DNA of 64,000 bases, taken from positions 32,001-96,000 of IMG/VR virus record IMGVR_UViG_3300044846_002555. One strand, given 5' to 3'. This document shows positions 31,346-41,582 of this stretch, piece after piece; the stretch's first letter is position 1, and each line of letters starts with the position of its first letter. Source of the DNA: a virus. A model generated the notes under the pieces. It saw only the letters and a program-made list of their open reading frames with translations, was not told where the DNA came from and did no database searches. The position numbers and the translations under genes were made by a program.

Positions 31346-34300
31346 ATGTCCAATTCATTTAGAATACGTACAGAGCCGGGTGTTGACAAATCACTTAACG
31401 TCTTGATAGACCAAGAATTTGAGTATTTAGAAATATTATCTCTAAAATTATTACAAAGTCAAATATACACTAGACAATGCTCTGATTACGGGGTTATTGT
31501 TGGTAGGGTAAGTGTGAACAATGGTTTTGGTATTCCAAATGCTAAAGTTTCTGTGTTTATACCTTTAGACACAAATGACGAACTTAATCCGGTTACTTCT
31601 GATTTATATCCGTATAAAACATTAACAGATTTGAATGAAGATGGTTATAGATATAATCTACTACCATATGTTAAATCTCATAGTGGACATAATCCAACAG
31701 GAACTTTTTTTAATCGGGAGGATGTTTTAACCGACCCAACTTTAATACAGGTATATGACAAATACTTCAAATACTCTACAGTAACAAACTCTAGCGGTGA
31801 CTATATGATTTTTGGTGTACCAACCGGAAGTCAAACAGTTGTTGTTGATATTGACTTATCAGATATTGGGGAATTCTCATTATCACCCCAAGATTTGATA
31901 AGAATGGGTCTTGCAACGCCAGCTCAAGTTGCGGGTATAAATTTTAAATCTTCTACAAATTTAAATTCGTTACCTCAAATTATTAATTTTAATAGAACTA
32001 TTGAGGTTGAGCCGTTATGGGGTCAACCTGAAATATGTAATTTGGGTATAACAAGAACTGATTTTGATTTATCTAAAGAATCCGGTATTGATATTAGACC
32101 AACATCCATCTTTATGGGTTCGATTGTTTCAAGTAACGATGACGAAGCCCTTCCAAGAAATTGTAAACCCCGACTTAAATCCGGTTCACAATGTACTTTA
32201 GTGACCGGTCCGGGAGAAATATTGGCTATAAGACAAACTATTTTTTTAGACGCTCAAGGTAAACCAATTTTAGAGACAGTGGATTTAGAAGAGGGTGGTC
32301 AAGTTATTGATGATAATGGTGCGTGGTTAGTAGATGTCCCAATGAATTTGGATTATTTAATAACTAATGAGTTTGGTGAACAAGTTATATCTGATGACCC
32401 TAAAAAAGGTATTCCAACTAAAGGTAAATATCGTTTCAAAGTTAAATGGAATCAATCACCATCAATATCAGAACCTGTTAGAAGAGGGTATTTTTTAGTA
32501 CCAAATGTTAAAGAACATGGTTGGACTAATAGTGGTTCAAACCCAAACGCAACACTTAAAAAAAAGTCATACGCGTTTAGTTTAGATTGGGATGATTATG
32601 TTGATTTTCAATCGGCAATAGATTGTACAGATACGTTTTATTTAATGCAATATAATAAAGTTTATACTGTCTCTCAATTAGTTGACCAATATAGAAAAGG
32701 TTATTTAAATACACAATTTATAGGTATTAAAAATATTTTAGATGAATCTTGTGAAAGTGAAAATAACAAGTTCCCAACAAATGATGGTGTTTTTAGGTTT
32801 GACTTAATTTATTTTTTATTTTGGATTATGTTATTTTTATTCAGACCGGTTTTTATATCATTAATACCTGTTATTCATATTCTTTGGTTTGTTCTTAAAA
32901 TTTTAGCATTACTTTTAACAGTGATTATCGCTATTATTATGACAGTTGTTATTTTAATTTGTAATATTTTATATGGTATTGTAAGTGTTTTGGCTAATTT
33001 ACCTAATTGGTTAGGTGGTAAAACATTTAAAAAATGGAAAGATAAATTGGATTGTCCTACTTTTGCGGATTTAAATAAAATGATAAAGGATATTAATGAA
33101 TTTCCTGATAAATTAAAAAACATTAAAATACCTAATTTATCATATCCTGAATGTTCATTTTGTGATTGTGGGGATAACAGTAATTTACCTAAAGATGAAC
33201 CGGGTGTGGAACAGTTAGCGGTAGATACTGAAGATGTTACACAATATGAAGGGGTTGGTACGTCGTTACTAACACCATTTCAAATTTCTTCACAATATGG
33301 TAATAAACCTAGCTATTCAGGAACATCAGGTAACCCTGGTATTTATAGCTCAGATTCTAACTATCAGTTTATGTTTGCGGGGCAATCTTTAGGGTTTACT
33401 GAACAGGAAACTTTAACGGTTTCTACTAGAGTACCTGAAATGGTGATATCTACAAATAATGATGAGAATACCGCGGCTAGTGGTACATCAGAACCTGATT
33501 CACCAGAGTTTGCATATTTCACATCAAGTTTAACTATACCTGAAAGATTAAATTTATTTAACACCAAGGCAAAATATTTTAATGAAAGTCCTAGTAATCC
33601 GGGAGGTGGTGTTAATAGAATTAAAGTAACATTTCAACCGAATTTGAATAATCCATTAACTAAATTTCACTATGATAATGTAATCGCGATTGTTTGTACA
33701 CCAAATGCTACTAATTTAGAACCTGGTACCATGTTGTCTTTCCAAGATTTTGCACTATCAAAAGATAAAAATGTTATTAATACCGGAACAACATTAAATG
33801 AGTATGGTACAAATACCATTACAGGTACGACAATAAATAGTGGGTCAACAACTAATCCCGGAACAATAAAAATTAACTATGCGAATCCGAATGGTTCGGG
33901 TAATATGCCTACAGAGGTAGAATATCAAATTGTTACTTTTTCAGGTGACCCTAAATATGCTAGATTCCCTATGGATGTTGAATATTTTCAAGTTATTACA
34001 GGTATGACTTATTCTGAATATAGCGGAATGTGTAATAGTAACACGGCTTCATCACCTAATGATTGGAATAGTAATAATTCATTTAATAATAGGTTTTTAA
34101 GTAACGATATGAGATTTTATCGTATAACTCAATTTCAAACTGATGATACAGTAAGTGGGTTTCCTTGTGGTAGACCATTATCTTGGGATACTACTGAAAG
34201 GTTTTTTTCTCCTGTCGAGTATTATAAATCAATTGAGAAACAAAGAGTCATATTTTTAGTTAGAGGTGTTGACCCTAATTCATCTAGAACTAAAGTTCAA

Positions 34301-36706
34301 TATGATTTAAGTCGATTATTTGGTTATAATTTTGGTAATTCATCAACAATAATAACAGGTAATAATTATAAATTAAATTACCCAATTCAAGGTACTTTAA
34401 ATTGTGTTAATCATATTACCACAAGTAATTTAACATCTAATTTTTATTTTAATTCGTTTCGTTTTGAACCATCTATAACACCACCTCCACCAACAGTTCT
34501 ACCACCACTACCACCATTACCTGAAACGTTTGGTTTTAGTTCGTTCACGAGTAATCTACATACATTTTATTCTAATCTAGATTCGACAAATGGTAGTTTT
34601 ACTCCCGGACAAGGGGCTCTACCATTGTCGTCAGTCACATTACCATCATCTTCCCCAATTAAAGTGGTTAATGATTACATAAATAATTCTCCACCACCAT
34701 TTTCATTTTCGGATGGAACACAAGGTTGGAATGGGTTTATTGTTGAGTGGGATATTCAGTATACTCGTCTTGTTAATTGTGTTGGGCCTTTTACTAAACT
34801 TTATAATAGAAGGGCCGGTACTGAAAATGTGTCACCAACTGATAATAGAGGTTACTATCCTGGTGAGATTGTTGAGGGTGGTTCAATGTTTTATCAAAGA
34901 TTAAATATAAACCAAGCCATATCGCCAGACCCACTTTTACTTGATAATGTTTACTACGCACCAAAATATCCAAGCTCGGGAACAACACCTGCAGAAATTA
35001 CGGCAGCGTCTTTAATTTTTAATTTAAATAGTACGAATCAAACTAAAATAGTGATGAGGTCGGATAGATTACCGACTTCAACATTAGTTCAGAATAATTT
35101 AGGTAATAGTTTTCCGTTACATACAAATAGTAATTTTGTAATCTTTGTTGTGACTGATGATGGTGCGACTATTAATCAAAGTGTTGGTGGGACGGGGTCA
35201 TCAAGTGTATTTGTGGGAGAAGCAGGTGCTTTTGCTCCTGAACCAATTGTTGGCCCGGATGCTGAACCAGAGCTTGTTAATCAAATTTTAAAGTCATTTA
35301 ATTGTGGCGATATGGCACCGTTAGGTTGTTATTATAGTGATGAACCTTCTCCGGGTAAATATAATTTAAAAATATACGATAAAGGAAATCCTTGTTGGAG
35401 TTTTGGTTCCGGTAAAGTTAAGTTTGACGGTGGTTGCTATATATTGATTACTCAACCAATACTTTCTTTATTATCGGGTCAAGATTTTCAAGTAGTGTTT
35501 GAATGGACAAATAGGATTCAAGTAATGTTTGGTGCGTGTAGAAACGTATTTTCACATTTATTTACGAACAATTGGATTAATGGGGTTCTTTATCCTTTTT
35601 CATTTTCTAATGATATTGTTTTCAATAGTCAAAATCGACCTGTGAGTAGAATTTGTAGTGAAAATATTTATTTTGACCAAGATACCAATAATTTTTATTA
35701 TAGAAGTAGTCCTTGGAATGATAGTACTTCTGAATTTGTTGGTATGGATAGACCAGAACCGAATCCTATTATAAGTGGTATATTTGGTGGTTATGGAGGT
35801 AATTTAAAAAATTTAAAATATCCAACAACTATCATGGATTTAGGTCCAAGAAACTTATATATACAAGAATTGGTCATGTCTGATGATTTTGATGGGTATG
35901 TTGCTAATCGATTAAATACGTCAAGTTATGGTGATGTTTCTGAATTATTAAATCTTTTAATTATTACAAGATTAGCTAGTCCCGGATTTTTGGAAAGAAT
36001 TGGGGTAACTAATGTCGGTATCCTATCATTTTTCAGTAGAACTAAACTTATGATTGATGGTGATTACGCTCAAATGATTGCAATTAATTCTGAATTATCG
36101 GTGGCGCCGTTCCAATCGTTAAATTATCCTGACAATCCTGCTGGACAGCAAAACCCAATATATTATAACCCGTCAAGTGATATTAATAAGGTGGTGTTTG
36201 GTGTTTTCTTTTCTTCAGATACTCAAACGCGAGATTTTATATCACCAAAAAGAACGATTATTGACCCTGATGGGATTGCGAATCAACCGTGTACTTTTAG
36301 TTATTTTTCGGTATTCACTCAAACGGTTCCATTTTATCAATGGAATATAAAACCAGATGACACCAATAGTATTTTTGGGTCTCAAAAAAATGGGTGGTAT
36401 ACTAATCCAATAAACAATCCGGCATTTTTTAATTATCCTTATCAATTGTTAGACAGAATTGAACCTTCATCAAGATATATGAGAACATCTCAAAGTCCTG
36501 AAAACAAATACTTTAAAGGTTATATTTATTCTGTTTATCCTGATGGAACATTAAATCCGGAGTTTAACTCTATTGAATCAAATTCATACGATGACAGATT
36601 GTTTAATACCGGAGCTCCGTTTTATTTTTATTTTGGATTGAAAAAAGGTAAATCGGCATTTGATAGATTCACAACTAAATGGTTAGATACAACAACAACA
36701 TTATAA
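31346..36706 (+). CDS. Large putative virion protein with an N-terminal carboxypeptidase-regulatory-like beta-sandwich and an internal hydrophobic segment
   Basis: 1786 aa in the baseplate cluster. It contains GRVSVNNGFGIPNAKVSVF..TNSSGDYMIFGVPTG and a roughly 65-aa hydrophobic stretch. Confidence 0.6.
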   Translation: MSNSFRIRTEPGVDKSLNVLIDQEFEYLEILSLKLLQSQIYTRQCSDYGVIVGRVSVNNGFGIPNAKVSVFIPLDTNDELNPVTSDLYPYKTLTDLNEDGYRYNLLPYVKSHSGHNPTGTFFNREDVLTDPTLIQVYDKYFKYSTVTNSSGDYMIFGVPTGSQTVVVDIDLSDIGEFSLSPQDLIRMGLATPAQVAGINFKSSTNLNSLPQIINFNRTIEVEPLWGQPEICNLGITRTDFDLSKESGIDIRPTSIFMGSIVSSNDDEALPRNCKPRLKSGSQCTLVTGPGEILAIRQTIFLDAQGKPILETVDLEEGGQVIDDNGAWLVDVPMNLDYLITNEFGEQVISDDPKKGIPTKGKYRFKVKWNQSPSISEPVRRGYFLVPNVKEHGWTNSGSNPNATLKKKSYAFSLDWDDYVDFQSAIDCTDTFYLMQYNKVYTVSQLVDQYRKGYLNTQFIGIKNILDESCESENNKFPTNDGVFRFDLIYFLFWIMLFLFRPVFISLIPVIHILWFVLKILALLLTVIIAIIMTVVILICNILYGIVSVLANLPNWLGGKTFKKWKDKLDCPTFADLNKMIKDINEFPDKLKNIKIPNLSYPECSFCDCGDNSNLPKDEPGVEQLAVDTEDVTQYEGVGTSLLTPFQISSQYGNKPSYSGTSGNPGIYSSDSNYQFMFAGQSLGFTEQETLTVSTRVPEMVISTNNDENTAASGTSEPDSPEFAYFTSSLTIPERLNLFNTKAKYFNESPSNPGGGVNRIKVTFQPNLNNPLTKFHYDNVIAIVCTPNATNLEPGTMLSFQDFALSKDKNVINTGTTLNEYGTNTITGTTINSGSTTNPGTIKINYANPNGSGNMPTEVEYQIVTFSGDPKYARFPMDVEYFQVITGMTYSEYSGMCNSNTASSPNDWNSNNSFNNRFLSNDMRFYRITQFQTDDTVSGFPCGRPLSWDTTERFFSPVEYYKSIEKQRVIFLVRGVDPNSSRTKVQYDLSRLFGYNFGNSSTIITGNNYKLNYPIQGTLNCVNHITTSNLTSNFYFNSFRFEPSITPPPPTVLPPLPPLPETFGFSSFTSNLHTFYSNLDSTNGSFTPGQGALPLSSVTLPSSSPIKVVNDYINNSPPPFSFSDGTQGWNGFIVEWDIQYTRLVNCVGPFTKLYNRRAGTENVSPTDNRGYYPGEIVEGGSMFYQRLNINQAISPDPLLLDNVYYAPKYPSSGTTPAEITAASLIFNLNSTNQTKIVMRSDRLPTSTLVQNNLGNSFPLHTNSNFVIFVVTDDGATINQSVGGTGSSSVFVGEAGAFAPEPIVGPDAEPELVNQILKSFNCGDMAPLGCYYSDEPSPGKYNLKIYDKGNPCWSFGSGKVKFDGGCYILITQPILSLLSGQDFQVVFEWTNRIQVMFGACRNVFSHLFTNNWINGVLYPFSFSNDIVFNSQNRPVSRICSENIYFDQDTNNFYYRSSPWNDSTSEFVGMDRPEPNPIISGIFGGYGGNLKNLKYPTTIMDLGPRNLYIQELVMSDDFDGYVANRLNTSSYGDVSELLNLLIITRLASPGFLERIGVTNVGILSFFSRTKLMIDGDYAQMIAINSELSVAPFQSLNYPDNPAGQQNPIYYNPSSDINKVVFGVFFSSDTQTRDFISPKRTIIDPDGIANQPCTFSYFSVFTQTVPFYQWNIKPDDTNSIFGSQKNGWYTNPINNPAFFNYPYQLLDRIEPSSRYMRTSQSPENKYFKGYIYSVYPDGTLNPEFNSIESNSYDDRLFNTGAPFYFYFGLKKGKSAFDRFTTKWLDTTTTL

Positions 36707-36707
36707 T

Positions 36708-38570
36708 ATGGGAAATAGAATTGATACTAGAGTAATTTTAGGTTCTTTACGATATAAATCGGCACCGGACACCAATCTGATGTTCAATGTTCCATTAGTT
36801 CAAACCGCTCAAATAAATGTTGAATTTGATAGGAATATTGATGTTAGTTTGGAACAAGTGTTTGATGATGAAAGACAAAAATCTGACATATTTAGACCTA
36901 CCTGTAAATTTTCATTATTATTTAATAATTCATATACAGGTAGTACGGATTACATGCCATTTGAAAATAATCTGTATTATGTTAATGAAGCTCAAGCGGC
37001 TGCGGATAATTGTACCCCAACTGGTATAAATCCAAGTGTTATTTGGTCAGGATTTCCACAATATAATGAATTTGATTTCATTAGAACTGATTACAATGTT
37101 CCGGGTTATACTCAACCACCATATAATCATTTGACGTTTGTAAGCAAAAGTGCTTCAACATATAATTGGACACATTATGTTAGTTATCCATTTGAAAATG
37201 ATTATCAAAAACAATTAAACGCAATTATAAAAATACCTTCAATTTCAAACGCTGTTACATTAGATTGGGTTGCTTCAGATGGTATTCCTTTTGTGGTTGA
37301 AAATGATGATACAACAGTATACAACGGAAGAGGGATTATTAAATGTATATGTCCGATGAAACACGGATTAATACCGGGAGAATTTGTTAAATTAAATTTT
37401 AATTATAATGGGGTTGATACTTTTGAAGTATATAGTTTAGGTGATGGAAAATACGAAAGTGATTTATATGTTTTTAACATTTTTAATGTTGGGTTTACAG
37501 GAACAACATTTACTACAGGAACAGAAGGGACGTTTAAACGAATTATAAACAGTGATAACCCAAGTGATACTATCTCAACATATTATGTTAGAAGACATAA
37601 AATTTTAACAAACCCTGATAATGCGATTTTAGTAAATGCGGGATTTGACCAAAATATTTTTGGCGTTAAGAAAAAATATGAAAGTAGTGGTTTTACACCT
37701 AACAGAATTGCTAGAGTTTCAATAAAGGAAGGTGCTCAATCTTACACATTATCATTTGATAAAGACGTTAAAATTAATGATTTAATTGATAATCAAAAAA
37801 GACCTTTAACTGAATTATTTTTTACAACAATTTGGAAAGGTTATTTTGGTTATACGTTTGGTAGGTTAATTGGACCGGGATTGGGTTATCAGGGTATGAA
37901 GTTTGGTTATGATTTTAATTTACCTTTAAATCCCCAAACTAAATTACCTTCATATTGGTGGAGTGAACTAAATAATAATTCGGATACAAACATTCCAATA
38001 GATACCTATGTGAATACAACGTTAGGACCAAATGGTTTACCATTGGCTCAATATAATGGAGTACCAATAGTTTTCACATATAATAGGTCTTTAAAGGAAG
38101 GTGATACTTTAGATGGTGATTATTGTGAGTGGAATAATTTTGAACAAACAGAAAGAGTTATATCTAATTTATATCATAAGATAACGTATAACGCAAAAGT
38201 ATTTAATATTGGAAGACCAACTAGTTCAACAGGTTATCGTATGTCTTTGGACAATCCTTACGGGTATTATTATCAACCACATAATAGTTTAACTATTAGA
38301 CAATTCTCAGATTACATTGAGGAGGGAGATAAGAAAAATGTGGTGGATGTTCCTAATTATGCGTATTACTCTCCAAGTAAAGATACTTTTTTATGGAAGG
38401 ATTTATATAGTTACGGATTTATTGATTCTAATAATATTGGGGTTAATTATCCATTTTTAAATGGGTCTCATTACCCTTATACAAATATTATTTTTAGAAT
38501 AATACCTGAAGGTACTAATTATAATGAACAGACAATAACCGCAGAACCAATAATAGACGATTGTGAGTAA
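36708..38570 (+). CDS. Putative structural protein (620 aa)
   Basis: Tightly packed ORF in the baseplate cluster, rich in aromatic residues and Asn. Confidence 0.6.
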   Translation: MGNRIDTRVILGSLRYKSAPDTNLMFNVPLVQTAQINVEFDRNIDVSLEQVFDDERQKSDIFRPTCKFSLLFNNSYTGSTDYMPFENNLYYVNEAQAAADNCTPTGINPSVIWSGFPQYNEFDFIRTDYNVPGYTQPPYNHLTFVSKSASTYNWTHYVSYPFENDYQKQLNAIIKIPSISNAVTLDWVASDGIPFVVENDDTTVYNGRGIIKCICPMKHGLIPGEFVKLNFNYNGVDTFEVYSLGDGKYESDLYVFNIFNVGFTGTTFTTGTEGTFKRIINSDNPSDTISTYYVRRHKILTNPDNAILVNAGFDQNIFGVKKKYESSGFTPNRIARVSIKEGAQSYTLSFDKDVKINDLIDNQKRPLTELFFTTIWKGYFGYTFGRLIGPGLGYQGMKFGYDFNLPLNPQTKLPSYWWSELNNNSDTNIPIDTYVNTTLGPNGLPLAQYNGVPIVFTYNRSLKEGDTLDGDYCEWNNFEQTERVISNLYHKITYNAKVFNIGRPTSSTGYRMSLDNPYGYYYQPHNSLTIRQFSDYIEEGDKKNVVDVPNYAYYSPSKDTFLWKDLYSYGFIDSNNIGVNYPFLNGSHYPYTNIIFRIIPEGTNYNEQTITAEPIIDDCE

Positions 38571-39363
38571 TAAATTTAGATTTGTAATCCCAAATGATGA
38601 ACAGTACATTCTTTTACCGATTGAACTGAAGTGGGATATGTATGGACAAGAAGATAGTATTGAACTTTATGAGGAAGATGTTATCAAGGATATCATTGGT
38701 GTTGCTGAAGATTTTGAGTTATTGAGATTTTCACATAAACCATATGATAATGATACAAAAACAGATGTTAAATATGATTTTCATTTCTATAGTGGTAATG
38801 TTAATAATGTTACGACCGCAACAAGTAATGATTGGGTGAATAGTTATTTACCTGAAGGATTTGATAAGAGTGAAATATATTATTATGAAAAACCTTTTAC
38901 CAAGTCATTCTTTAAATTGGATTTCTATGATACAATGGATGGTAAATCACAAACTAATTATTTCACAATAATTATCCCTGTTCAACAGGGGTTTACGGAA
39001 TTGGTTACATTATCTCCTTACATTCCGGATGTTTTAATTAAACGTCCATCTTACAAATTAGATTTTGTTGGTGATAAGGAAGGTTTTTTCATTTATTGGT
39101 TAAAGAATATTAAGTTTTATAATTTAACTACTTTTTATATGAGTGCTAAATTTTTTGATGGTAAGTTAGGTGTGTTTGTTAAAATGATGAAAGTACCTCA
39201 ATCATCACCATTGATTCCAAGTGCTTTCGAGTTTGAATCAAAGTATTTTTATTATAAAGTTAATTTAGATTATGTTAATAAAACATATGAGATTTTAGAT
39301 GAGTTAAATGTTAGAGTAGGAACAACTAGTTCCATAAAATGGTATGAATATATAAATCCATAA
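38563..39363 (+). CDS. Putative structural protein (266 aa)
   Basis: GTG start overlapping the upstream gene. Its stop overlaps the next ATG (TAATG). Confidence 0.6.
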   Translation: MSNKFRFVIPNDEQYILLPIELKWDMYGQEDSIELYEEDVIKDIIGVAEDFELLRFSHKPYDNDTKTDVKYDFHFYSGNVNNVTTATSNDWVNSYLPEGFDKSEIYYYEKPFTKSFFKLDFYDTMDGKSQTNYFTIIIPVQQGFTELVTLSPYIPDVLIKRPSYKLDFVGDKEGFFIYWLKNIKFYNLTTFYMSAKFFDGKLGVFVKMMKVPQSSPLIPSAFEFESKYFYYKVNLDYVNKTYEILDELNVRVGTTSSIKWYEYINP

Positions 39364-40589
39364 TGAGTGCAAATACTTATCGTATAAGAATATCTCCTGA
39401 AGTAATTAATGGTGATGTTTTTAAAATTAGTTATATCGGAGACCCGTATCTTGAACAACAAAAAATACCATTTTGTTGTGATATCTATACTCGTGAGGTG
39501 ACCAAGTATATTGATGGGAATGCTTATGTATATTCGTCAATGACTCAAATATTAACAGGTGCGACAGGAACAACCGCGACTTCTAATATTTCAAAAGCAA
39601 CACTCAAACGAGGTACATCATTATTAACAGGAATGACTATTCCAATATTAATAACTGAAAATACTGTGGACGTTGGATATTATTCTGTATTTGATGGTAT
39701 GATTGTTCAACAAGAAGTTATGACTAACTTTTTATTTTCGGCTAATACCGCATTCCCCTATACGTACAATTTTTATAATACTTCAGATGTTGAATTTAAA
39801 AAATATTTAGAGTTTTCATCTTATGAAATAGATTGGGGTGATGGAACACCAAAACAAACGGTTACAAATGTCAGTCCTAATTTTTATTCGCATCCATACT
39901 CACAATCCGGTGAATTTACGATTAGTATGTCAGGTATGAGTCCGTGGGGTTCTAATGTGGTAAAGAAAACGGTTACAGTACCATTTACTAATACGACTAT
40001 ATTAGACCCAAAAGGTACGACTTGTTTTACTCCAATGGGTGGTAGTTGGTCGGCAACACCAATTTGTTATGACTTTATTTATAGTGGTGATACGAGTTGT
40101 GAAACTTATCAAAGTGGTATTAATCCTTATTTAACCGTACCATTAGTTGTTAGTGGATACACTCAATCAACTGTATCGGATTTAAGAGTTTATGGTAACA
40201 AATCTACTTTAGTTGATGGATATTATAAGATTGGTGTTCAAATAACAGGCACAACAGGTGTTGTTGGAACATATTGGGGGGGAAGTGCAAACGGTAATCA
40301 ATTATACACCGGGTATACAATAAATGGAGTTGATTACTATGATTATAGTGATGGAACAACACTCTTTGTGGTTAGTGGTGTAACACCGATAGACACGGTA
40401 TGTGAACCAATTGTAAAAAATGAGGCATTATTAAATGTAATTGATGAGCCGGAAGTTCAATCCAATGTGTTCATTGAACGGGGAAAAGTTTCTGGATTTG
40501 AATCAATGGAACGATTAGGTGAAGTAGATAATTTGGGTGACCTTGAAAAATATGGGTATAAGTTTTTTAATATAATTAAAATTGATTAA
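39363..40589 (+). CDS. Putative structural protein with a PKD-like domain
   Basis: YEIDWGDGT....SHPYSQSGEFTISMSG matches the PKD W-x-x-GDG / H-x-Y pattern. Confidence 0.65.
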   Translation: MSANTYRIRISPEVINGDVFKISYIGDPYLEQQKIPFCCDIYTREVTKYIDGNAYVYSSMTQILTGATGTTATSNISKATLKRGTSLLTGMTIPILITENTVDVGYYSVFDGMIVQQEVMTNFLFSANTAFPYTYNFYNTSDVEFKKYLEFSSYEIDWGDGTPKQTVTNVSPNFYSHPYSQSGEFTISMSGMSPWGSNVVKKTVTVPFTNTTILDPKGTTCFTPMGGSWSATPICYDFIYSGDTSCETYQSGINPYLTVPLVVSGYTQSTVSDLRVYGNKSTLVDGYYKIGVQITGTTGVVGTYWGGSANGNQLYTGYTINGVDYYDYSDGTTLFVVSGVTPIDTVCEPIVKNEALLNVIDEPEVQSNVFIERGKVSGFESMERLGEVDNLGDLEKYGYKFFNIIKID

Positions 40590-40664
40590 AAACATAAATT
40601 TGATATTTATCAATATGAAACAAAAAAACACTAAAAATAATAAATTAATTAAAAAAGAAATATA

Positions 40665-41582
40665 ATGGCGACTGGCACCTATGGAACTATAAGACCCGCA
40701 GATGTATCACCCGAAGATGTGGACATCATTCTTAATTATACACCATCAAGAGATGAAACAGATAATTTTGTATTAACAAAGTTAGATGCGGTATCTATAT
40801 TGAGACCTTATTTTAATAATTCACAGACAAATCCTTCAAGTCCTAACCCTAATGTAGAAATATTAGGTGGGTTATACAATTTAAGATTGCCTGCGGAACA
40901 ATTTAACCAATTAGGTATCTACACCTTATACATAAGACCTGCGGAGATTAGAACGAGTATATTAGATTGTGGTGTGTTATCATCATTACCTAACGTAAAA
41001 GGACTTGTTATTGATTTAAATAATGTTCCAAGTCAATTTAGAAATAAATTTGTTAATCAAGGTTTAGTTGGTTTTAGAATTGAGTATTTAAACTCTGATG
41101 GAACAAAAATACCTAATTTTTTTAGAATTGTAACATCATCATTCTTTTGTGAACCGGTTGTACAAAATTTAACAAATACTTCACAAAAAGCAATTAGATA
41201 TAGATATACTGATAACAATACAAATTTAATCTTTTGTACTGTTTCTCCGTCGTCATCTCCGACAAACAAACCAAATGCGACCCCATATATTGGGCAGCCA
41301 AATCAAACTATTATAATGTCTAATACCTTCTTTAATCCGATAACACTTGATATTGAGATTGCAGACCAAGATTTCTCAACATTGGCAATTGCTCTTTATG
41401 GTAATCAAACTAAATCTATGGATGATGGTATTTACACTATTTACGACGCGAATAACAACATTTACCAACAATATAATCTATACGAAATTAGAGACCAATT
41501 TAATACGTTATTATATGAAGTTAGACAAAATAGAGGTGATAATATTGATTTTAGTAAAAACTTTACAAACATAACTGAATAA
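40665..41582 (+). CDS. Putative structural protein (305 aa)
   Basis: Preceded by TATTTAT (40604-40610) and an A-rich leader, and coupled to the next gene. Confidence 0.6.
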   Translation: MATGTYGTIRPADVSPEDVDIILNYTPSRDETDNFVLTKLDAVSILRPYFNNSQTNPSSPNPNVEILGGLYNLRLPAEQFNQLGIYTLYIRPAEIRTSILDCGVLSSLPNVKGLVIDLNNVPSQFRNKFVNQGLVGFRIEYLNSDGTKIPNFFRIVTSSFFCEPVVQNLTNTSQKAIRYRYTDNNTNLIFCTVSPSSSPTNKPNATPYIGQPNQTIIMSNTFFNPITLDIEIADQDFSTLAIALYGNQTKSMDDGIYTIYDANNNIYQQYNLYEIRDQFNTLLYEVRQNRGDNIDFSKNFTNITE

